From positions 186,001 through 250,000 of the forward strand of contig NC_043009.1 in the NCBI RefSeq assembly GCF_006345805.1: a stretch of 64,000 nt of DNA, written 5' to 3'. The notes below the pieces were generated by a model, which was given only the letters and a program-made list of their open reading frames with translations, was not told the origin of the DNA and searched no databases. Below are positions 24,353 through 37,843 of this stretch, piece after piece; within the stretch, counting starts at the first letter, position 1; every line of letters begins with the position of its first letter. Position numbers and translations under genes: made by a program. The DNA comes from Octopus sinensis. Lineage: Eukaryota.

Positions 24353-24554
24353 ATTAATATTTTTTATTGCAGATTTCTATTGCTCTTTGAAACGGTCGTA
24401 TGTGGATATTAAAGTCTATTTTGAACTTTTAACATCTCTTCTCCATTTTTATAATTGTTCATAGTGTTTTATATAAGAATTTACCTTATACATGCCTATA
24501 ACGAACTTTTTACACACACACACACACACATATATAATACATTCATATATATAT

Positions 24555-24595
<41 letters not shown>

Positions 24596-25593
24596 CATAA
24601 ATGCATACACACACATACATACATACATACATACACTTTCAACTAGCAACCAGCGAGCGAACTTGTCACTACCACTACAATTACCGTATTTTGTAGCGTA
24701 TAAGCCGCTATTTGTCTTGTTTTACCTTCATGTTTTGATAATGCTTTTTGTTATCTAATAAAGACTTTTACATTGACGGAATGTGTTTGTTGTTGATTAT
24801 AGTAAGATAAAATCATGACAATAACAATACATCTGATACTTGTAAAATAAGGCATTTTGAAACTACATATACGTCAACAACAAAAAACTAGGTGCGGACT
24901 CGTTGCTCTATAGGTCTTTTAAACACCGGTGCGCTCTATGTCTGTGAATAAAACACCGATGTGGGGCAACCAAATAAATATATGTAAATAATATTTCTTC
25001 CTTCTTGGTATTGATTCGTCGGACAGAGTGGTGACATATAGTAGAGGTGACCCGGAAGTTGTTCCTCTTCGATCATTATCGCAAATAGTAGTAACGTTCT
25101 TCAACCGAATACACGTCGTTGATTGGTGGTTGAAATACGACAACTTTAACACGAAATAACTTCTAAAATACGAAATTTTTGTCAAAAACGTTCAAAGTAA
25201 ACCCTGTTCTACGTGAGAAATTCTACCAGTTTCGAAGTTTCAAGCTATTTAGTTAAAAAAAAAATTAATTAAAAATCTGTGAACGAGATGGAATAGATCC
25301 GTATAATATTTACAAATTAAAAATTTGTTAAAATAAATAAAATAAAATAAATAAATTATATATATATGTATATATATATATATAGATGCAGCACGGAATT
25401 TGTCAGTGAACAGGTCGCGGATTTTAGCGACGAAAATATTTTGACAATTAAACGTTAAATGTAAGTGTGAAGTGAATCGAACGGCTTTTGTGTGTTTCTT
25501 AAATGGCTTATAAACACCTTCCACGCTGCAATTGTTTTCGTTTCAGCACACGATCTCAGATCAAATATTACTTGCTATGCGAGTACATCTCCG

Positions 25594-25656
<63 letters not shown>

Positions 25657-25791
25657 ATATACGCAAAGCTAGAACATCCCAATGCTACATATATATATAC
25701 CTCAACATTTGTAGAGATGAGCCACATTTGGAATAAAAATGCAAATTCTCCGCTTTACCTTCAGGCATTGAATTTGGGAGAGAATCCCTTG

Positions 25792-25832
<41 letters not shown>

Positions 25833-26785
25833 GTACGTGCGTGCGTGCGTGCATGTGTGTGTTTTTTGGGAATATGTCCACGTTTATACTGTGTAACTTC
25901 GATGTTTTGGCTTGAAAATCACGCTTGTTTCAATTTCATGTTTTTGCTTTAGAGAACATTAGTATAACACTTACAAAGTAAAAAAAGCACTCAATATTTA
26001 GAATATCTCAATGCCACACATATACACCTGAATATTTACTGAGATGAGCATTATGTTTCCGATATTTGAGTTATATTTAGAATACAAAATGTACTGTCTC
26101 TGTTTTTCTTTCAAACATTTAATTTTGGAGAGAATTTTTTCATGAAATGTAATTCCATTGCTCTTCGGTATTGTGGATCGTCCCGTGCACATTTTTAAAA
26201 GGGAAAAATTTTGAATTTTCCGTCACTACATATTTCCAGAAGCTTACTTAATGAAATCTTGCGAAATTCCTCTTGTCGGATATGTTGCCTATGGATTATT
26301 ACAGAAGGAATTATTTGTTTCGCCAATGTAATTCTCTGTGCAGTTTGGGCAGGTAATGAAGTATATGAGGTTTTGCGTTTGCAGTTCATATCTGCATTTA
26401 TTTTGAAAAGTGGTCCGTGTATATTCTTGCGGAATTTCATGCAAAGTTTCATGTAGTAATCTCAAAAGAGAATATTCGTCATCTAATCAGTAATATGCCT
26501 GATAAGGTTCTTGCATTGAAAAATGCAAAGGGTTATGTCTACTAAATATTAGATATTCACATTATTATAATTAATAAATAATTGGAATGTATAATTTCTG
26601 ATTTAAATAAATTTTAGCGATTATAAAGGTGTGTGTTTACTTCTGTCATGTCTGTATATATGTGCATGCGTGTGTGCTTGCGCGTGTGTGTGTGTGTGTG
26701 CACATGCAACGTGCACTGACATATTATGTGTACACGCACGCACATATGCATACACACATTGACGCAGATGCATATATACATACAT

Positions 26786-26826
<41 letters not shown>

Positions 26827-27463
26827 GAGTAAAAGAACAAAGACGCGTTTATACGCGGACACAACACGAACGCACACACGCATACATGATATGCGTGCAT
26901 ATAAAATAATATCGAAGAACAAAAACATGCATACATACACACACACACACATACATATATAAAAAGTACAAATTAATGAGAAAGACAACACAAACACAAA
27001 CACACACGCACATGGTCTGAGAGCCATTGAGTTAGTAACTGAAATATGAAACTGCCAACTGTTTTGGGTTTGAGATTATTTCCTAGAATTTTCTCTGTTG
27101 CAGTTCGTTATTTAGTTTTTCAGCCATGGTTCGAATTCCTTTTGACCGTAGACGTAGGTCTACTAAATAACAACAGTAACAGCCATAATTTCAACAACAA
27201 TACCAACAACGTCAGCACAACAAGCAGCAACATCAAAGGTAAGGAAAATTTAATTACGTATATTGGAGAACAACTTGACGAGAAATGCGAGGCTTTTGTG
27301 TTGTAAGCGTCATTTTTGTTCATGAGCAAATCAATGAACTCATTAACACTTGTTAAAGTTCATTACCCCTCATTAAAAACACGTGACAAAGAAAGTGATT
27401 TTATGTGGTCGATCAGCATACTAAAAGTAGTTACCAAATCACCTTGACATCCCGTCTTAAAAA

Positions 27464-27519
<56 letters not shown>

Positions 27520-28425
27520 AGGAAAAGAAGTAAGCACGCGTTAGTGGTGGACTGTAGAGTTTTAGATATGAAATGGAGCACACAAACCACTTTTGAAAAG
27601 TGATAGAATTTTTTTTATCACCTTTGCATATTAAACTTGAATACTTTAAGCAATTTGTGAAAGCCTTAGTCAAGGAATCCTCCGCATTGGCATATCTTTC
27701 AGAAACGTTCCCTTCCCTGAGTCAAGCTAAAATGAAACAAGGTTTCTTCATAGGTCCCCAAATTCGAAAAAAATTAACTTTATGAAAACTTCGTCAAACA
27801 TCTCAAGAGAAATGAGAAGCTTGCCTTTGAGTCATTCAAGAAAGTTTGCGATAACTTCCTGGACAACCATTCAAGTTGTGAATGATCTGCTGAGTCATTA
27901 TCATGATATGGGATGTAACATGTCTCTAAAAGTTCATGTGCTTCACTCTCATTTGGATTTTTTTGCGGAAAATATTGGTGATGTTAGTGACGAACATGGC
28001 GAAAGATTCCCTCAGGATATTTCAGTAATGGAGCGACGATTCAAAGGAAAATGGAACCCTGGCATGTTGGCAGACTACTGCTGGGGTATACAAAAAGATC
28101 ACACTCCGCACAAGAGGCTTAGAAGGACAAAAGTTGTTTAAACTGATAGGTGTGTTTTTAATTCTTAACCAATATGTTTTGTTATACCAACTAAATTTTT
28201 ATTTTGGTTTTTGTAACTTTCAGTATTTGCAATGTTTGGCTCAATACGCAGTATTATGCAACATATTATAAAACATATGGTTCATGGTACAGGAAAAGGT
28301 GCCTAATCTGGAGAAATAAACGTTAGAATCAGAACCAGGACAATTTTTTGACCCATAAACAAGTCTTAGCTTGTACTTTTTTTGAACCTGAAATTTGTTG
28401 CACAGTTATCGAACTATTACATCAG
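27520..28425 (+). mobile_element. DNA transposon remnant, probably CMC superfamily (Chapaev3-like) transposase C-terminus
   Basis: PLHIKL..FKQFVKAL, FIGPQIRK, MGCNMSLKVH.LHSHLDFF.EN.GDVSDEHGERF.QDI..MERR.KG.W...MLADYCW. The superfamily assignment is from recall of this motif set and needs a Repbase or Dfam check. Confidence 0.7.
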
Positions 28426-28486
28426 AACTGCTGACTGGCATGGAGTTAAGCTGCTGCTGCTGTTGCTACAACAACAACAACTACTA

Positions 28487-28531
<45 letters not shown>

Positions 28532-28677
28532 ACTACGATAACATAAATAGTAGCAGCAGCCATGGAAGTAGTAGTAGTAGTAGCAGTACACCATGCCAGT
28601 CCTGATAAGGAACAGACTGGTGACCAAAGTCGTTCCAATTATGATCATCCGTGAGTATATATATATATATATATACA

Positions 28678-28759
28678 TAGGCGCAGGAGTGGCTGTGTGG
28701 TAAGAAGCCCGTCGTATATATGTATATATATATATATATAATATATATATGTGGGTGTG

Positions 28760-28808
<49 letters not shown>

Positions 28809-29035
28809 GTGTGTGTGTGTGTATGTTTGTGTGTCTGTTTGTCCCCTAGCATGCTTGACAACCGATGCTGGTGTGTTTACGTCGCCATCACTTAGCGATT
28901 CGGCAAAAGAGACCGATCGATAGAATAAGTATGGCTTACAAAGAATAAGTCCCGGGGTCGATTTGTTCGACTAAAGGCGGTGCTCCAGCATGGCCGCAGT
29001 CAAATGACTGAAACAAATTAAAGAGTAAAAGAGTA
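28678..29035 (+). mobile_element. SINE family 1 copy (head partly deleted)
   Basis: GGCGCAGGAGTGGCTGTGTGGTAAGAAG joined to the body; same tail as 10335-10392. Confidence 0.88.
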
Positions 29036-29087
29036 ATATATAAATATATATATACACACATACATATATATATAAATACATATACAT

Positions 29088-29120
<33 letters not shown>

Positions 29121-29291
29121 ATATACATACATACACGCACAAATACACACACACATACACACACACATGTATATATATATATATATATATATATAGTTAA
29201 TCCAAACAAGAAAGCACAAAAAACACAACAACGCGAGGACGTGGAACAAACATAGTATTATTGGACACTCAGGAAAGAAGGAAAGAAGGAG

Positions 29292-29328
29292 GGTTTAACG
29301 TTTCGAGCGGAGCTCTTCGACGGAAACA
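29292..29328 (-). ncRNA. Variant minimal hammerhead motif, HHR family B (element ~29195-29390)
   Basis: Minus strand: GTTT CCGTCGA A GAGC-TCC-GCTC GAA AC-GT T AAAC; the core deviates from canonical (U4C, A6U). Confidence 0.55.
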
Positions 29329-29419
29329 TAGGAGAAGGAAAGATCTAGAGAAGGGAAGACAGAGGGAAAAAAATTGCCAACGGTACACACGCGGTCACAC
29401 ACACACACACACACGCGGT

Positions 29420-29525
<106 letters not shown>

Positions 29526-30269
29526 CAGATATATATGTGTGTGTGTGTGTGTGAAAGACAGCGGAATGTAATCTCCATGAGATTTCAACCTACTATTTAT
29601 AGTAGACTGAATGACCATGTAAAAGATACTGCATTGTCAAGTGATGTTAATGAGAGTTAATAAGCATTAATGAGTGCTAATGAGTTAATTGATTGGTTCA
29701 CAAGCACACAAGCAATGGCGCTTAGAAAGTAAAATTCGAACAATCACACCGACCAGGTTTCGTTTAATACCCGTTACTTCATTTTTCTTATATGCATTTA
29801 CTGTTTTTGCAATATAATAAATAGTCTTATAATCAAATCAATCAAGCCATTACCATCACAGTGATCTGAGTGTACATTGTCAACTGTGCCCTTCCTTAGT
29901 GCCCTTCCAAATTAATATGTAATATTTGCGCCCGAAAATCGAAATCGTGCGCCGCCATAGTCACTATACTCTGCAAACTTAAAATACTATTTCACGTGCT
30001 CTGTGCTGCCTGCAATATATATATATATATTTTATATATATACATACACACATACATACATTTATATGTATATATATATATAATATATTTTATATATATA
30101 CATACACACATACATACATTTATATGTATATATAAATGGCCTTTGCGCTCGCGCGCCTTGGCGCGCGCTGGGGGCTTGGTCGGCCCCTTGGGCTTGCGTT
30201 GTACTGCTTGTGCGTTGTGTGCGTGAGCGCGCTTCGTGTGTGTGGGCTTGCTTCGGATGTGCGCGTGCG

Positions 30270-31830
30270 TAGGTATGCATACATACCCACACACTCGCAT
30301 GCATCCCTACCCACATACATACACGCACACCTACTCACACACACACATACACACACACACATACCTGCACACACACACACATACATACATACACATACAT
30401 ACCTACTTCAGACATACACACACACAGACATACACCCATACACTCACCTCACACGCATACAACACACACTACCATACGCCACGTACACATACACACACAC
30501 AACCACACCTACCTACATACTTACACTTGTATACACACACACTTACATTCATACACACACACCCTACACAGCCATACCCTCACTCAGACCACACATCTAC
30601 CTACAACACACACACAAACACACACAGACACACACCCATACATACATACATCTACACACACACGCTACACACATACATACACACATACATAAACACACAC
30701 ACATACAATATACACACATACGCACACACACATATACTTATAACACATGCACACACACACACATACATACATACACCCATATACATACACACACACATAC
30801 CCACATACTCCTATATACGCACATACATACACACAGACATACACACATACACACTCACACAAACATACACACACACATACTTACACACACACTCACCTGC
30901 ACGCGCACACACATGCAGACAAAAACACTATACACTCACACTCACATACGCACACACCAACCAACATAAACACCACACGCACACACACACCTACACTCCC
31001 ACACACATACACACGCACCTACATACACACACGCACGCATACACACGCATACACACATACATTACACACGTACACACACACCTACATACACATGCATACA
31101 CACACACACACACAAACATGCACGGACACACCCAGACATACACACATACACCTATATCACACGCCCACACACCTACATACACACACATATACACACGCCC
31201 CACACCTACATACAACAAACACATACAGAACACACATACACGGACCACCCATACATACTTACATCCATACACCTATACACACACGCCTACAACCTACATA
31301 CACACAACATGCATACACCACACACACAGGTACGCACAACACACACACACACACGGTACGCAACATACACACACACATGCACACACACACACACACACAT
31401 ACGCACATGCATGCATGCATGCACACACACGCCACACCTACACGCATACACACACACACACGCACGTACACATACATACATACACACACGCATACATACA
31501 CCCATACACATACATGCATCCTACACACACATACATACACACTCACACATACAAACACACACACACAACTCACTCACACACTGTATGTACGCGCACACAC
31601 ATGCACATACACACACACTCTTCCCCACACCCACACGTACATACATACACACTCACACACATACTCACACACACACACACACACACAACGACATACATCT
31701 ATGCACACACATACATACACACATACTCACATACATTCATCGGACACACTGCCACCCAGACATACACACAGACACACCTCACACATCCACCACACATACA
31801 TACTTACGCTCATACTCGCAGGCGCGCGCA
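30270..31830. repeat. Long degenerate (CA)n/(CATA)n tract
   Basis: Directly visible; source of the His/Thr ORFs. Confidence 0.9.
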
Positions 31831-32542
31831 CACACGCTTGCGCCGGTTCGCGCACGCATACGCGCCGCATTGCACCTCGCTCTTGGACCCGACGTGACCT
31901 CCCGCCCGTTCCTGGGACCGTCGCGTCGTGTCGTTGGGTTTTTCCCACGCCCCGTCTCCGCGGGACCACTCTTCCATCTTCCCCTCAGCTGGAGCCCTTT
32001 TTCCTTAACCCCCCCTTTTCGTTACACACACGCGCACACATATACACACATTGCTTAAATATATACATTACTCTTACACACATTCAATCTACTCGCCATT
32101 AATACCACCACGACACTGGACACACACACACACTACTACTCAACACACGCTGGCACGCTACATACGCCCCCACCCTTCCCCTCCCTCCCTTCCTCCTTCC
32201 TTTCTTTTTTTACTACTGACCTTGTCTGCTAAGCTGACCACTGTCTCGCCCTACCTCACACGCCTACACACAGACGCACACACTAACACACACATATATT
32301 TTTTTGTTTTTTCATCTCGCCTCACACACACACATACACACACGCACACGCACACACTCACACATACACATACATCTGTTGCGTTACCAACCTTGTCTCC
32401 ACTCTTTGCTTTAAAAACCCACTTTGCTCTTGTTATCGTAACATCCGCCTTTCACCATGTGCAACTCGTAAACACCAGTCGTTTTTTTCTCTTTCCCTGT
32501 TGCCCGCTCTGGATCTTTCTTTCCTCTCTCTTCCTTCTTTAT

Positions 32543-32578
32543 GTTTCCGACGAAGAGCTCCGCCTCGAAACGTCATAC
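32543..32578 (+). ncRNA. Variant minimal hammerhead motif, HHR family B (element ~32380-32670)
   Basis: GTTT CCGACGA A GAGC-TCC-GCCTC GAA AC-GT C ATAC; flanks are homologous to the reverse complement of 29195-29390. Confidence 0.6.
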
Positions 32579-32762
32579 CTCCCTGCTTCCATTTCCTGAG
32601 CGCCTATTAATAATAATACTGTAATTGTTCCATTGTTGTTGTTTTTTTTGTTTCCCGTTTGGATTTAAATTATATATATATATTATATATATATAATATA
32701 TATATAAATGTATACATACATACATTTATACATACACACACATATATTTATACATACATATA

Positions 32763-33633
32763 TACGAAGTCAGATCAATTAGTATCCGGACTGTTGCCAA
32801 ATTAACGAGGCTAAAGCAAGGCAGAGTAAAGCTGCTCGGCAAAAGTTGACGTTGAAATCTGCCGTGCATGTGCATTAAGTTTTAACGTTCTAGCACATTT
32901 CCGTTGCTTACAGCAGTGCTTGGAAGGAACTTGTGTAGCGTGTGATCATCGCAATGACCATGGCAGAGAAAGTTGTCATGGCAATATCTGTTCAGAGGCC
33001 TGCGCAACGTTGCAGAAAGTGTATGGGAAGGAGTGTATAAGCTGCGCACAAGTGTACGAGTGGTTTACACATTTTCAAGATGGCCGAAAAAATGTCGATA
33101 ATGACGAACGTTCTAGAAGATTCACAACCAGCAAAAATGAGAAAATACATCTCAGATGTGCTAGTAGCTGTAAGGCGAAATCGTCGAATCACCATCCGTG
33201 AGTTATCGGAAGATGTGCAGATTATTTACGGTTCAGTCCATTATCACTGAAGGTTTGGGTATGAGACGCATGTTTGCCATGTTTGCGTCAAAACTCGGGT
33301 TTCAGTTGCACAAGATCTTTTTGATTGTGTTTAGAACGATGAAAACTTTTTGAAAACTATGCGTAGGCTTCTGAGCAGGTATCGCCAAGATTTTGGCAAA
33401 ATTGGATTCTGATTCACTGCTCAACTTTTTCTATCATGGTCAATGAGACGATCACACGCTACACACCTTCCTTCCAAGCACTACTGTAAAGAGTGGGAGT
33501 GAGCTAGAACGTTAAAACTTAGTGTACATGTACAGAGTAACCCAAGGTCAATCTGTGCCAAGCAGCTACAATCTATGTGCATTAGCTTTGTTACATTGAC
33601 AACAGGCCGGATACTTATAGATCAGACCACGTA
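32763..33633 (+). mobile_element. Non-autonomous mariner-like element with ~210-bp imperfect TIRs
   Basis: TIRs ~32763-32975 and ~33420-33633 (TACGAAGTCAGATC / GATCAGACCACGTA); internal LQKVYG..C.S.AQVYEWF..F.DGR..V..DERS and R.TIRELSE. Confidence 0.85.
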
Positions 33634-33663
33634 ATACACACATATATATGTAAATGTGTATAT

Positions 33664-33713
<50 letters not shown>

Positions 33714-33758
33714 TACATGCATAATATATATATTATATATATATATATATATATAGCA

Positions 33759-33833
<75 letters not shown>

Positions 33834-33943
33834 CCACTTCGAAATGGATGCGTGGCATTCAGTCATATGATGATATAAATAATATATATATATATATATA
33901 TATTCATGCATATATGTATACACACACACATATATATGTTATA

Positions 33944-34011
<68 letters not shown>

Positions 34012-34289
34012 TAATACAATGAGACAAGAACGCAAAAATTTCAAATAGACGACACAAAACACGGACCGGTCATTCGAAGCCTGTAATCTTCAGTCAAGAA
34101 CCGGATCATCCTCGCAATTTCGGCTGATTAATCATGAGATTGCTCCAATCTGGCCAGCTCCAAGGAAAAACTAAGCTACGAGCATTAGATTCCTTGGAAA
34201 AAGGATCGCATGTATACAAAACGAGGACAGAAAAACGGACGATGTTACACGAATAGCAAACAAGTTTATTTTAATATGGCGTAGGACCA

Positions 34290-34860
34290 GCTTGACTTCT
34301 ACGAGGTATGGACTCTTACAAAATTTGAATTGTTTCCAAAGGAAGGAATTTTTGTCCATTCTTCAGCTAAAACAGTCTCCAGTTCCTGTAGTGATGATGC
34401 TGGACTCCTTAATTGTTTTTCTAAAATGCACCATAAATGTTCAATAATACTGAGATCTGGGGACTGTGGTGGCCAGATAAGATGTTCATCTTCACTAGAA
34501 TGTTTCACGTGCCATTCAGTAACAACTTTAGCTGGGTCCCTATCTGAAAGTTTTGGTTTTCTTCTGGCGTTTGTTTCGACAGAGAAGTTTTTCCCTCTTT
34601 CTCAAAGGCTGTCATTAGTTTCCAGACATTATTTCTTGATACACCAAACATTTCGGCTGTTTAGTTTACGCTAGCCCCTGCCATACGAGCACCAACAATT
34701 TGACCTCTTTGAAAGTCCGATAGATCTGTCATTTTAATGAATTTTAATTTGCTTTTTCTGATGATATCTGAAAAGAAACAACAATTTTAGTAAAACATAT
34801 TAAGCAACACTATTAATAAAGAAATAAAAACCATAAAAATAAATCTACTTTTGACAGTTT
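34290..34860 (-). mobile_element. Internally deleted Tc1-like transposon
   Basis: N-terminus MTDLSDFQRGQIVGARMAGAS..TAEMFGVSR (ATG at 34732) joined to C-terminus WPPQSPDLSIIEHLW. Confidence 0.85.
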
Positions 34861-34886
34861 TATAGATATTTCAAAATTATGATATT

Positions 34887-36560
34887 ACTAGCAGAGTTAC
34901 CCGGCGTTGACCGTGTTACATACAATTGAAGAATTAGACTTCTCTGGTATATTTTCTGTAATGAACTGGAATACCTATATTTCGAATTTCCTGAAAATTG
35001 CAGATGCGAGTTATTTCCCTCTTTACACAACATAAATTGTAATCGTGCCACATGTATCCCATACTACGGATTTGTATGCGCATATTCCAAAATTCCAGTC
35101 TTATAGAACCTGTTAAAAGGATTTTGCTCCTGAAAAATGGAGGTCATGGAGCTCTAAAATGTGAGAGTTAAGGCCCCTGTAGGGGGTGGGTATCTTAATG
35201 TCAACCAGAGAAGTTGAATTGTTGAGAATCTTTTTAACTTGGGTCTTATATCTATTGTTTGAATTTCTTTGAAATAGGAAATATATGTTCACTGGGTTTG
35301 TAAAAGAGAGCAAAGATGCAGGAAACCAAAAGATGAATGATCACAATAAGCAGTCAGCTACAGTATCCTAGTTGTTACCACTCCTAATGTAGTATTCCTC
35401 ACCATCCAGGTGACATGCACAGCCGTAAGATGCATTACGAATCTATAGCAACTGGAAGGGCGTGACCCAACTGAAATAAACAATAACAACTGTGTGACGT
35501 GAGGGCTAAGGAGAAATGAAAGTTGGAGTTTGCAAATGACCACTATACTGATACGTAACTTCACAGAATAAATTTACAATCTATAAATGTCTTTGAATAA
35601 CCAGTCATTCATCTGGGAAGGTCTTGAAATCAATGTTACCATCTGGGGTAACCAGTGTGACCCAGTGATAATAAAAATAATGAAAGGAGATCTGCAATCA
35701 AATAACTTTACTTAACACTTTGCAACAGAATCAGTGGAGGCAAAGATGCATCTCATATACTTGACAATTTATGCACCACATTGCAGAAATCACAATGTAA
35801 GTGCATGTCAAAGCAAACTGTTACACTGTTGTACCATTGAATTACAAATAATGCTAATCTTTTATGCTCGGGTGACCCTACAGCTTCCAAGAGAACAACT
35901 GTATTCATCTTTGCTTAGATAAAATGACAAAATTGCGGGTGTTAATTCCCTATGAAGGGGTTTTTATAACTTGTAAGAAGATGAAATTTTATAAATATTA
36001 CTTCATTTGTATCTAATATCTATGGTAAATATTTGATCAACAGCAAAAATATATGAATTGTCATGGGGTTTATGGCCCTTATGCATAGAATATAATTTCT
36101 AAATTTCGTAAAGATCCATTCAGTACTTTTGACTTAGATTTGGATCATAAAAGAAATGACTAAAATTTGGGAGTTAAGGCCCCCATTAGATGTCTTAGAA
36201 TCCTCATGTGAAGTGGAAACTTTGAGAATACTTCTTGATGTGTGTTAATTACCCATAGTTGAAATTTCAACAATATCGAAAATTTAGGAATTTTCATGAG
36301 GGTTCTGCCCCCTTTAAGCCATCTGAAATTCAAACCAAACATATTGCATTATACCCGCCCTTATGCATTGAATCTAAGTTTCAGATATCATAAGGATCCA
36401 TCCAGTAATTTTGGTCCATGAAATTGCGTGAAACACACAGCATTACCCTTCTCCCTAGGCTTCGATTTTGTGTTCCAAATTTCATTATGATCTGTGCAGC
36501 AGTTTCCGAATGTATAAGTAATAAACGAACACATAAAGATATTGTCTTTGAAATAATAGA
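34887..36560 (+). mobile_element. Possible non-autonomous Helitron/HINE-like element; a similar 3' end lies at ~41790-42057
   Basis: 5' ACTAGCAGAGTTACCCGGCG; 3' CAAATTTCATTATGATC..AGTTTCCG; internal subrepeat GAGTTAAGGCCCC at ~35164 and ~36172. Boundaries are uncertain. Confidence 0.4.
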
Positions 36561-36586
36561 TATGAATGTGCACATATACATACATG

Positions 36587-36634
<48 letters not shown>

Positions 36635-36812
36635 GTGTGTGTGTTGTGTGTGTGTGTGTGTATTATAATATATACACACACACACACAAAGATAAATTGA
36701 TAGATACAACACTGAGTATATATACGATTGATTTCTTTAAGTTTCTGTCTACGAAATCCATATATGTATATATATAATATAATATTATATATTATATATA
36801 TATATATTTACA

Positions 36813-36881
<69 letters not shown>

Positions 36882-36912
36882 TATATATATATATACATCT
36901 ATATTATATATA

Positions 36913-36958
<46 letters not shown>

Positions 36959-37004
36959 TATATATATATGTATATCTGTAAAATAATATGTGACAATTAT
37001 TCAA

Positions 37005-37077
37005 TAGCCAAGATAAAACTCTGAGTTTCGGAGGCCGAGGTGGAATTCACAACACCCTCTCTTCGGTTATCTGGCCA
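37005..37077 (-). ncRNA. Hammerhead motif, family A, variant core CCGAAGA (inverted copy)
   Basis: Minus strand: TGGCCAGATAA CCGAAGA GAGG..CCTCC GAA ACTC-A-GAGT T TTATCTTGGCTA. Confidence 0.7.
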
Positions 37078-37283
37078 TCTGAAAAACACTATGAAAAAAG
37101 GTTGCAACACGCAACGAAAATTTTAGGAAAATAAAAATAAGAAATAAGTGGAAATTTTACCGGTGAGTGTGTTAAATAATAAGGCACAAAAAGAAAATGA
37201 CTCTCCCCAGACACAACAGAATATGCTTCAACACACGAACTCATATAAAGAATCTTGCAAAACAAATCATAGCGTTTTTCAGA

Positions 37284-37357
37284 TGGCCAGATAACCGAAG
37301 AGATGGTGTTGTGGATTACCACCTCGGCATCCGAAACTCAGAGTTTTATCTTGGCTA
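37284..37357 (+). ncRNA. Hammerhead motif, family A, variant core CCGAAGA
   Basis: TGGCCAGATAA CCGAAGA GATG..CATCC GAA ACTC-A-GAGT T TTATCTTGGCTA; stem II base GATG/CATC versus GAGG/CCTC in the inverted copy is a compensatory change. Confidence 0.72.
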
Positions 37358-37800
37358 TTGAATAATTGTCACATTATTTTACAGATAAATTTTCTCTATT
37401 TACATAATATTGAGGTCTCTTTCTTTCTTTTGTTATCTTACCGTTTTTTACCAATATATATATATATATAAATATATATTTCGCTTTTTGATTTGGTTTT
37501 CAAGATTCTTTATATGAGTTCGTGTGCTGAAGCATATTCTGTTGTGTCTGGGGAGAGTCACTTTCTTTTTGTGCCTTATGATTTAACACACTCACTGGTA
37601 AAATTTCCACTTATTTCTTATTTCTATTTTCCTAAAATTTTCGTTTTAGGAAAATAAAAATAAGAAATAACACAACATTATATTATATATATATATATAT
37701 ATATATAAAATATTATTAGAGACAAAACCACTATTTTGCAAAACAAACAAGGAAAGACTTAATCAATACATAAAATTTTAATAAATAGTCAAAAAAACCG

Positions 37801-37843
37801 CCACTACAATTGTTTCTTGTCTTGATCGACAATCTTCAGGTGG
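37801..37843 (-). ncRNA. Minimal type-I hammerhead, family D (intact core)
   Basis: Minus strand: CCAC CTGAAGA TTGTC-GATCAA-GACAA GAA ACAATTGT A GTGG. Confidence 0.82.

Noticed and set aside
25900-26520. Short complex-looking ORFs (26195-26452)
   Set aside because: No recognisable motif; probably a decayed transposon but not assignable.
27100-27246. Possible exon ending in AAG|GTAAGG with an N/S-rich reading
   Set aside because: Low-complexity CAA repeat with a SINE-like start; no homology recognised and no partner exons.
30136-32102. 553-aa and 451-aa His/Thr ORFs
   Set aside because: Translation of a (CA)n tract.
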